Shown piece after piece: positions 48,301 through 60,300 of a DNA stretch of 64,000 bases (positions are counted from its first letter, which is position 1; each line of letters starts with the position of its first letter). Made by a program: the position numbers and the translations under genes. Location of the stretch: positions 29,824,001-29,888,000 of the forward strand of contig NC_087251.1 of the NCBI RefSeq assembly GCF_037042905.1, given 5' to 3'. The notes under the pieces were generated by a model, which saw only the letters and a program-made list of their open reading frames with translations, searched no databases and was not told the DNA's origin. The DNA is from Lytechinus pictus. Lineage: Eukaryota.

Positions 48301-51300
48301 TCCACGATGGTTTGACATCGAAATTTGTAATATACATGCACTTAGGGAGCAGAGAAAGGGGGCAGACTACGGCTGTAATTGTTTCATTGGATTCGCAAAC
48401 ATTCGTAATATGACAGCTCTCTTTGCTTATATGCAGGAATCATTTCATTTCATTTCACTGTATTTAGTTAAACAAGAGAAATAATCAGATAAACCACACT
48501 GTGTTTGCTTGGCTTCCTGATGATCGGTCGTGTGTTGTACTTCTTTCTTTTCAACGGATGAATAAATTTGACTGAAGGTATTTTACAACAATAAGCAAAA
48601 GAAGAGAGCTCTTAAGTAAAAGCATGACATTTGTCATCACAGTTTTCACACTGGAGTTTTTCCTTGGAGCACAAATATGTTTGGTCTTTTAAGAAAATTT
48701 TACAATTATCCGTCGAAGCTGAGAAAAATTACTTGATCATGAATTCATGCCATGATTTAAATTGTCACTTTTGAAAATTATTGCCACGGATTGAAAAACA
48801 CCTTTTATTAAATGGTTTATTTTTCAAATCTGATTGCATTTCCAGTGACAAAAAGGGGGAAAGACAAAGGATGTAGTTCATATGTTGCATACGGTAAATC
48901 AAAGAAAAAACTATTGATGGCACCTTAAAATAAGATATAAAACATATTAGTTGACAGTTATTATAAGTTGAGATCTGGAATAATTAATCTAAGTGACAAT
49001 GAAAAAGTGAAGCTAGTGCCCTTTTTTTTTAAGTCTTGCCTGCATTATACCAACTATAGAACGAGCTAGTGTGGAATTGATATGTGAAATGACAAACATT
49101 TTCTCTTTCTAAGGGGCAAGTCCACCCCAGAAAAATGTGGGTTTGAATCAAACAAGCCTAACGCTAAATATTTTATCAAAATGTAAAATAAGAAAGTTAT
49201 GGCATTTTAAAATTCCGCATATTTTTCACAGAACAGTTAACTCAGTCATATGCAAATGAGAGTCGATGATGTCCCTCACTATCTCTTTTTGTTTGTTATT
49301 GTTTGAATTATACAATATTTCATTTTTTACAAATTTGACTATGAGGACCAACTTGATTGAACCATAAAATGTTTAAATAACATTAATTCCAAATGTTCAG
49401 TGAGAAATAAACTTTGTTTCATATAACAATGAGAAAATAAGAATATTTCATACAATTTAATACAAAGAAAATAGTGAGTGGGTGTCTGGGTGACGTCATC
49501 AGTCCCCTCATTTGCATACCGAACGAGGATGTGCATTTCATGAAATTAAACGAAACTTTAAAATGTCATAACTTTCTTAGTTTAAATCTGATTTTGATGA
49601 AATTTTCAGTGTTATGCTTGTTGGATTTTCTTTTCATTCATATAAACTTTATGTTGGGGGCAAACTTGTCCTTTAACTGACATGTGAAAACATACATGTA
49701 CATTTGTCAAATATTTGTCATGGTATAACAAATGAGGGCGCTGTAACTAAAAACTATAGTTTGTTGTAGAGAACATCCCCCTGTCAGTGCACCTGATCAG
49801 AACGTTATGCAACAGTCATATCAACAGAAACTGACTTCAAACAGAATGATGGTACAGTATGTCATTGGTATAATGTAAAATATTCAGTTGGTCGGGGCCC
49901 CATCTTACAAAAAGTTGCAATTGACCTGATCAACCACAACTATGGAAAGCCAGCAACATCGACATATAAAATGCATGTTTGTTCAACATGTTTCCTAGAT
50001 ATGTTCAGTTTTCTTGGAAATTCAGTATGCTCCCCTTTGTTTACAAAAGGACATTGTGTAAATTTCCTGTAAGAAAAATGATGACATTGATGGATTTCAT
50101 ATATGAGGTTGATCATAATAATCACAACTCTTTATAAGACGGGGCCCTGGAGTCACATTAGCCAGTGTGACTGCGGCATTAGAATGACATGCAATAAGGC
50201 TGGTAGATCGAGCATATGAAATCAAATTTGAAATGATAAACCTATGAAAGTCAGGATACCCAATAGTTATTTTGTGCTTTTCCCAAATGGCCCAAAAGCA
50301 CTCAATGAGATCCCAAACTCTCTCAACCTAGAATGAATTCAAATGAGCAACTATCATGGACCTATCACTGACAAAAAATGGCTGATAAAATATCCTTTAA
50401 AAAAGTCAGAATAAAGAGGGGCTGTCTAAGGCAGGACATGAGAGAAGTGATTAAACATACATGCCACTCTAACAACTATATATTACAAAACTATTTCACT
50501 CTTTACAAATATATTCAATTTAAAAAAAATTCACTTTCTCAAAAGTATATTTCACATTTTACCAAAATACATTGAACTTTTTACAAATATTACATTTCAT
50601 TTTTCATAAAAATTATCTTACCTTCATCAGACTTATTCTGGTTTGAACTGTTCCTAGTAATACAATTTTTTCGGGAAATTACGGATCAGTAAATTTGGAA
50701 AGTCCTTTAAAGTTGTTGTTTTTTGTATTTTAAGTGTTTGTCCAAAATTTATTTAAATAGTCTAAAACTGTTGGACTGATACCATACCTTGATTGAGGGT
50801 ACTATATACTGTATCCTCTATGTAAGTAAAAATTCCATTTCCCTAACAATATCACATGAGTAATATATGACTGGTAAAATAAATAAATATTTGTGTTGAG
50901 TAATTTATCTGAAAACCATTTAACTTTTATTCTTTAACAGAGTCCGTGTGAGTAAAAAAAAACTTGACACCTCACAAATCCCCAACTTAAGGAAAAAAAT
51001 TGTCATGAACGCATAATTATTATATATGCCTTGAAAGAGTATCTCCTCCCAATTAATTTGATACCATATTCATGTGGTATGTCTTCAAGCTTGGATAATC
51101 AGTAGGTATTCTTTGCAGTGATGTATATTTGGATTTCACCAAAGTAAGGCATTACTGCAATGAATGAATCCAGATGCCAATGATGTAATAATCCTACACT
51201 AGTTAGTAAACATATTTGCAAATCCTTTTTCAATGAAATTAACTTGAGAATTGATACTAAAAAGTGTTCATTAAACAATTATAATGCACATTATTGTAAA

Positions 51301-54300
51301 GGTGTTTTGAAATGGATTTTAATGCAACCCTTGTAGGATAATGACAAAATTGACATTTGAGGCCCTTTTCATACAGGACTTGCGAATGTTGTAACTTTGC
51401 TATAATGGCAACTACCACGGTAAAATGGCTCAGCAGCTAATCATAATCAAGGTTTCCATGGTGCTTGCCATAATGGCAAAGTTACTGCAGTTGCAAGTCC
51501 TTTATGACATGGGCCCCAGGATTCATTTATTGCTGTCATGCCTTGGTGCAATTCAATATTTACATCACTGCAAAGAATACCTCCTGATCATCCAAGCGTT
51601 AACACATACCACATCGTGGAGAACATACTCTTTCAGGCCATACATAATAATTATGCTCATGTCATATTTCTTCCTTAAATTGGGGATTTGTGAGGTGTCA
51701 AGTTTTTTTTACTCACATGGTAGTACTAGTTCCGAAAGAATCAAGTTTTGGTTTCATGATAAATGACCAAGAATAAAAAGCCTGTCTAATGCTTTGACAA
51801 AGGATCAATAATGTAAATTATTAAGTTTCATTTAACATTCCAAAGATAAACAGTGGAGTAGCAGCTGAAACCTTTTTTGTCTTCAATGATTCTGAAAGAA
51901 AATGTGAGTTTAAAAGAAAATAAATCATATCTAAAATATCCCTTGGCAATTTTTATATATATATATAACCCTTTGAGCTCTGATATCAAATTTAGTGATT
52001 TAGTATCAGAAAGCTAGAGACATGGGGGTGATTTCAAGTCCGATGTTGGCCTTAGTGTTGGTGTTGAAATTTAGATTGCTTCCCCCAGCTCCAAAACTTA
52101 TTCAGATTTTGTTAAACTGATCCAGTTCACATTATTGACATCTCAACAACTCATGAGTGACTTTTCGGGACTATGTAAAAATTGACCTAACACCAACACC
52201 AAAAGGTTAACACTGAACTTGAAATCACCCACTGTGATATATGCACAACTGAAAAATAAGATATGTGGTACTTACAAAGCTACAGGGGATCATCATGACT
52301 CCAATCTCATATGAACGAATCATCAGCTGACTGCCATTCTTCTCAAAAACTCCCCAAGCTGCCTTAGACAAATTAGCACTGAAAAGAGAATGAAACAATC
52401 AGATTAATATTGTGCTAAGAAAAATTATCTTCTTACCATCCCATATCCTCCTCCTTTTCTTCTCTTTTCCATTTGCATCCCTTCTCGTCTCTTCTCCCTT
52501 TCTCTTTTCCCATCTCCTTCTCAGTCTCACCTTGTGCTACATAATTATAGTGGGACTATCTGTCTGATATAATAATAATAATACTAATAATATCCACTTA
52601 TGTAGCACCAAAACTATTTCTATATATTCTATTGTTCTACAAGAGCTCCCCAAATGCTGTACATCCTACTGGAATAAATAGGTTTTTAATTTTAGTTTGA
52701 AAATATATAAAGTTTGTTGAATTCCTAATGTCAAGGGGAAGTTTGTTCCATAGTTGTGGGGTTGACATAAGAAATGACCTATCTCCTAGTGTTGCTTTAG
52801 TCTTGTGTGGGGGGACTTGCAGTGTGAGTGTATCTTGTGAGCTATGAAGGTCATGAGATCTGGATTTAAATTATAATGTATGATCAATCACTATTATGGC
52901 TGGGCACAGCATAGACCACACATAAAACTTTGCAATGCTATTGGGGTGCTGCAAAACAAACTTGGGATCAATTGCAAGTCTATTTTTGGTCCCTAAATCA
53001 ATCATATGTCTTGCAGTTAATTACAAATTAGTGATTGATTACTAATCTGCTCCTTGAAACAAGAAGTTTAATCTGATTTGCTACAGTTAACGTTGATCTA
53101 TCAGTTGTAAAATTACAACAGAATATTTGCAATTGATTGCAAATATTTTTTTGCAACACCCCCTAAGTATGCCATTACTTGCATTGTGACACAGCATACT
53201 GCGCAATCTAAATATATTCATTAATTTATTTATCATGGTATTAAAAAATTGCACATGGTAGCCTTAGGGCTGAAATCGGCACAATTCACATCAATAGTGA
53301 TACAAGAGTACTACAAAAAAGACAATAGCATTTAAATAATACATTCATAACAAAACTATACTCCAGAGACCTTGTTCAAAGAATATTGGTTGTAGGATAA
53401 AGAGATTGAATTCAAAAGTATTTCATAATATGGTTCAATCATAGAGCTATTAACAGAAGGAGATCTGACTCTCTCAAACGCTTTGCCCCATGCGCGGCAC
53501 CGCTAATCCCCTCTCAGCAGGGTCCCTCACGGCGCATTACACAGGCCGCTCGTAAATCAGATAAGGAAAGTTGATCGACGCGGTCAACAGCTCGGGTTTG
53601 CGCTTGCGCAGTAGCGTTTTCACCCATAATGCATTTCACATCGGCTTCACGAATTTTATGCAAACATGGCGGCTCACGATTTCGGAGATGAAAATCTGGT
53701 TTTGGAACCAGCTGAATGCAGGGTGACCAGATTTCACAAAAAGAAATACGGGACAATCGACAAAGTACGCCGGGTCTTTAAAAAAAAGATCAACAAGGGA
53801 GGCTACACGGTGTTCGACTTGGGGAAAAAATGTACAGAATTGGAAGGGGGGTGAACGAAAGAATGAAGGAGGGAATGAAAAGGCGAAAGAAAAGAGTTGA
53901 ATTGAGAACGGAAAGAAATAAAAAATGAAGGGGAAAATGAAGGAAAATATATTTTTAAAAAGGAATGTAAGAATAAAATGATGAAAGATAGAATAAAAGA
54001 AAAAAAACGTTTCCGTCATTCTTTGAAATGAATTAAGAAGGAAAGAAAAAGAAAAGAAGGAAGGGAAGATGTGTGAAAGAAAACATAAGGGAGAGAAAAG
54101 AAAAAAAGAAGGAAGAAAAAAGGAGGAAAGAAAGAACGAATAAAAGAAAAATGTTTCCTTCATTCTTTGAAAGAAAGAAATAAAGAAAGAAGAAAAACAG
54201 GAAGGAAGGGAGGGAGGGAAAGAAAGAAAAAAGGACACAAAGTAGAAGGAAAAAATAAAATAAAAAATAAAAGGATGAAAGAGAGGGAGGAAAAAATAAA

Positions 54301-57300
54301 GGGAGGAGAGAATAAATATAGAGAAAATAATGGAAGGAGAGAAAGAACAAAAAGAAAAGGGAGAAGGAAGCAAAGAAAAGTTTAAGGAAAGAAAAAATGA
54401 AGGGAAAAAAGGAAATTTAAAAAAGGAAGGAGAGTAAGACAAAGAAGGAAAGAAAGAAAAATGAACAGAGAGAGAATATCAGGAAAGAAAGATAGGGAAT
54501 AAAGATAGATGGAATAAAAAAAGGGGCAAAGAGGAAGGATAGAATGATGAAGAAAAAAGGATATGAAAGAAAGAAAGAAAAAAAGTACAATCTTAAAACA
54601 AACAAAAAATCCCATAATCTTACAAAAATCATAACGATATTTCGTGTTTCTAAATATAGGCCCCTATTTAGAATAGAAATAGAATGTTTTAGAAATGAGG
54701 GGGGGTCGGGTGTCTGGACACTTTATATTTTGGAAGCCTTCTTTTTTATCTTTAGATTAAACTAAAAATATGAATTCAATAGTTGTAATCATCTTTTATT
54801 TTGTTCTCTATAATATTTTTAAAATCATAATTATTTTTTGTACTAAAAATTGTAAAACTTCGCTTGTAAATTTTTCCAAATGACTTTGTAACTTAAAATG
54901 AATCGTCCTGACACAGAACTGGGAATACATCTTTGTGGTCCCAAACATGTTATTTTTAAGTTATTTATTATGTAGAATAACAATTTTTTGTACTTTGTTC
55001 TCCTTTTTACTGGTTTGTAAATTAAATTTATTCGCTCCGCGGCTCCTGCTATTTTCCAAAAACGATCCAGAGACAAGAGCTGAGCGAGCACGGAGCTCCC
55101 GTCATTCATTACACTCACTTTCAACTTACACAAATAGGAGTACGGTACGTGGGGCACCAGAGGGTACTCCACGATGCGACAATCGCCAGAGAAATGCCCC
55201 GCAGATTCGTTGTTATATTATCAAGACCATTGTAAACACGCAAATGATTTTTGCATAAAAATAAAGCTCAAAGTATGGTTTTTTACCTTATTATAATTTC
55301 TAAAACATATACGAGCAGGGAAAGATTTAACTACGTAAGAAAGACAGACATACCTAAAATGACCAATCTCCAACTTCCTTCGTTTGTAATTTTGTTGAGT
55401 CAAATCAGATTGTGACGTATTTGGTATGTATGCAAAGGGGATCATCTCAGAAGTTCAACCATACATAAAAGACGTACATAAGGAATCCGTACGAAGAGAT
55501 ATGGATGTTAGAAGAACAGCAAGTCGTGTTTCAATTTTGAAAAAAAACTGAGCTCGGAGAGAAGTTATGTGGGAGAACGTCGTTTACGGCGGAGCCTCGC
55601 AGGGTCCTTCAAAATATCTCTGACCTCAGATTTTACGAGGGGGCTTATCACGTTATGTAAGCGGGCTCTTACTTTTGCCTGGCGGCTCGCCGATTGATGT
55701 TAGATATCGTTCCTTCGCCAGAAAGAAGCGATAACAAAGGATTAACAGAGGATTTGGAAGATGGTTCTCCTTCTCTTAATAGCTCCATGGTTCAATCAGA
55801 TAACATCAATTATAATTAGAGCTAAGAAAATTAAATTGGTTTACACACTTTAAGGTATTGTGCCATTATATGAATATTCTCTTGATGAGCGTAAAACATT
55901 ATTCCTATTGCAAGTCGTGATAGTGTCTCAATGAAATGTTACCAATTGCCTGATGCAATCTACCACAAGTAGCAATAAACGCCTGAAACTGCATTTTCCT
56001 TTCTCTTCTTCTTTTTGTTCATTTTCACCTCTTCCACTTCCTCTTCTACCTTTAAAAAAAATTTGAACTTGTCTGTTTTGCATGGTTTGATTCCAGATTA
56101 ATGAGGAGTCTTTTGTCAAATTCAATTGGCTTTGTTTTGGGGAGTTTTTTGTGCAAGAAATATGCTGGATATCAAACCTCAAGATCGTCATTATCATCAT
56201 CATTATCACCATTTGTTGCAAATGGAAATATATTACACAAATTACCTTGTCACCATGAACCACGCAATCTCTTTATTATCTGGAGAAAGTCTGGAATAGG
56301 ATTTGATGTGAGGGCTGGCTCTGCTACGACCAATTCTAGATGCCTTCCACTGACTGTATACAATAAATAACAACCACAATTTGAATAAGAAGGGTTTTGT
56401 TTTTGTTGGGACTAAAAAGAAAGAAAGAAAAGTGTACATAGAGCTTGAGAGAGAGATGATGATTGAGAAGGGATGGGTAAGGTAACATAAGAGTAACGAA
56501 GAGGGGGAGGTGAAATTTTAGCTTAACTTCTATTATAATAAACAATTATCTTTTTCAGAAGACATGGCATGTAATGTTAACTACTGATATCCTTGTATCT
56601 GATTTGTTTAAAGCAAATAAAAAGCACTACAGAGATATTTCATGAAACACACATTGGAATGAGCAAAAATATATTTATTTTACAGTTGCTGAAAATATAA
56701 CAGGCAAACAGATTGATAATTAATATGTTGACATGTACACATTAAAACAGAAAAAATTATGTGATTTCCACTAAAATTTATGTTCTTACACAGACATAAG
56801 AATTAACAGACAACACTGTTACTTGAATTTCAAGTTGTGGATGTATCTTTCCATGCAACTAATTTTGTAAGTTACCCAGCACCGAAACTATATAACACAT
56901 ACACACAAAAATTAATTCTACAATTGGTACTCTCTAATTCATACGATAGATATTAATAGCAAGATCACTTGTAATGCTCCACAAATTTATGAGAGAAAAC
57001 TAGAAAACGCTTACAAGAAGAATTGGTGAAGATATGGCTGTTTCTTGGCTGTCTGTATACTGTATGGTAATGATCCACCAGCAGGGTAACCTTCAAGGCT
57101 TGTTCGCACATTATCAGAACATGGGTAGATCTATATAAACCAAGCAAAAGATAAAGGCTATTATCAAAGACAGATGTTAACTTTGTGAGCAGAGCATACA
57201 TATTAAAAATAAATCCAATTCATGATGAGATGTGTTGGTGGAAAGCTTACAGGGTTCCCACAGAAAATTGAAAACAGAATTCCATGACTTTTCCATGACT

Positions 57301-60300
57301 AAATTGCTGCTTTCCATGACTTCCCATGACGTCCCGGGAGTTGTGTCGAATTTGGGATGTCACAAAACTGGGAAAAATGGAAATCATGAACACCAATTAT
57401 AATAACAGAGTATGATCACAGAGTATGAGAGTTGCAAAACACAACAAACTGGAAAGCTGCCATAGCCAAGAGGTAAATGCAGTTCCATGACTTTTCATAA
57501 GCTTTCCAAATTCCCTGACTTTCCATGACCACAAATTTTCCAGGATTTTCCATGACTGTGGGAACCCTGGCTTAATCCTGAAACCCACACAAAGTTTGTT
57601 CACAATGCATTATATAGATTACAAACAAGCATTTTATATTGATGGTATAATCATGGTTTTTTTTTTTCTGTTCATGCACCCAGTCTATAAATCACACACT
57701 AATAATTCCACACAATTTTATGGGGGGGTATGAGACAAAATAAGTTAAAGATATGAAAACTTGAAACATCATGTGTGTTTTTTATTTCCTTTTGGTTGAC
57801 ACTAACTCATGACACTTCACTCACTCTAACTGATTTTTGTTTTCATTTATGATTTGTAATATTCCACAGGTAATTAATTTTAGTTTTTCAGCAGTTACCC
57901 ATATAAATGAAAGGTACCACTCATCCAAAATGCATGGTTTACATAACTTATATCAGAGCTTATTAGTTCCAGATCTATGATACTTTAAAGGCTTTCTCAC
58001 AAAAGCCTTGCTGACAATAACTACCTGAAGTTACCTTTGAAAATTGGGTAACTTTAATAAAGAGTTTGAAATATTGTAAATTACGGGAAATGGAACTGTC
58101 ATAATTTGCTGCTAATATTATTATCAGCGATTATCATAAGAATCACACTGTATTCTTGGCACTCAAAATTTAAAACAGAGCATGCAATACCAGCTTCATA
58201 TGTCTTGTATCAGCATTGGAGGTGAATGACCCTGATTGACCTTTGACACTTGACATACTTTGAAGGAACTCAGCACACAGCCATTTGGTCTTGTCTGCAC
58301 CCAGAGAACCAATGCTGGAAAACTGACCAATGACCGGCCAGGCCTGGACTAGTTGTTTGTCTGGACCATACTGCCGTAGAATCTGCAACAGAATGATCAT
58401 TACCAAGTTGAAATTGAGATTGATTATGATTGATAATAACAATGGTAAGAAGAATATTTGTAATGTGCCCATATCCATCATGCTCCTGGCACGGAAAACA
58501 AAGGACATAGAAACATATTCACTTGGGGTAAAGTCAGAGGGTATTTCTTTAATTTTGTATCAACCCATTGCCTAGTGTAACATGTGGTCACTGTAGAAAG
58601 CATATGAAAATTACACAATAAAGTGTACGTACATGAAGGATCTTTCATTTATTTTTATTAAAACACACAAAAATCTACATGATTCCAATGTCTTGGGACC
58701 AAAACTTAACATGTCTACATGTATCCGTAACAATTTTTCTTTTCAATTGAATTTTTAAAAATAATAAATGAATGCATGCAAAGAATTATGAATTATTGAA
58801 TTATGTGACTTTTCTTACCTTCCTGACTTTGAGATGACCCCATTTATCTTTGGATTCTCCAATATGTCTGCCAGGCACTGATGAAATAAGAAATACCCTG
58901 TCCAAAAAAAGGAGTAGGAAATCAGTTCATAACATGCCCTATCAACTTTAAATGTTAGCAAATAGCAGTGAATTTGTTTGATAAGTCTAACTTGGAAATC
59001 TCTTTGGCAAGGAGGTGACCTGATACATAAATCTTTTTATTTAATTTTTAGTTAACACAGCTTGCAAATCACTGGAATATAGCAAGTCTTTAAAAAGACT
59101 GGGCAATTTCTATGCCTAAGACAGGGCGGGTGATGGGGGCTGAATCCCTTCTCCACAATTTCAGCTATGGGCTGCATGATCGCGATGATGATTGGCATGA
59201 CAGATACACATGGCATGATCTACAAAATTTACATGCAAAGAAAAATTCTTCAAAAAATATTAAAACCAATTTATATTTTTGCTAATCTATGCAACAAATC
59301 AACTATATTCTTATAACATTTTAGAGAAGAGGAGGGAAGGGGTGTTAGATGATTTGGCATATGATGAACAACAAATCAAAACAGACAAAAATATTGATAA
59401 TATGCAATATGACTGCACATTTTTCAAAAAAACAAACCATTACAAAGAATTTACCCTTACTTGGCACCTGAAAGGTCATGTTGCGAGATATGATCTTTCC
59501 ATGGCTGCAGTGATGGTGCCCTGTACGCTGTGAGGTAAGCTAGTAGATCTCTTTTGAAGAAAGTTGGTGATTCCCCATCTGTTGCTGTCTGTTTGGCTGA
59601 AGGTAACTTTGGGAAGAGAGGACTGATCCACACTCTGATCAGTCAAATGGAAAGAAACTTTTGTTAATTTTTTTAATATGTTTATTACTGAAATACATTT
59701 TTACCCTGCTTATTTACATAAATTCATAAATACAAGATTAATGGTTTATCTTTACTTGGTCTATAAAAATTGGCAAATGGTGGTAGAACATCATCCATAT
59801 CATTAGAACACTGGTGCCTTTAACAACCCTCAATTTCTATTTCAAAATCTATAAGGAGCTCTTTCATATCATACTAACCCCCCCAAAACCCAAACCATTT
59901 TTTTTTAGTTTGTTATGGCAAACAGACCATTTTTTAGGCCTTTGTTGAGTTTTTGGTTGAATTCATTTGTGGTACTCTTCATCTGCATGTCATCTGCATC
60001 TAAAATAGAAGTTTTTTTAAATAGGGCTTGCTAGCTAGAGCACCCTCCTTCATACGACTGGGATGAAATGTCCGAGTCATACCACAGACCTCAAAGATAA
60101 AGACCTTTTAACATCTAGCTACAATTGTAGGTGATCAGTATATTAGATGAATTGAAATAAGGCCATTAATGACATACAGTACTATGTTGATACTTTGGAG
60201 CAATTGACAAAAAAGGAGAATAAGCTCCTATCGGGGGATAATATCATTATTTAGATTGCAATTATCAATTCTTAATATGATTTTCATATTAGCTTACCCT

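Noticed and set aside
53636..54765. 268-aa Phe-rich ORF and overlapping ORFs
   Set aside because: Artefacts of the GA-rich tract. The same applies to ORFs at 41358, 46931 and 47540.
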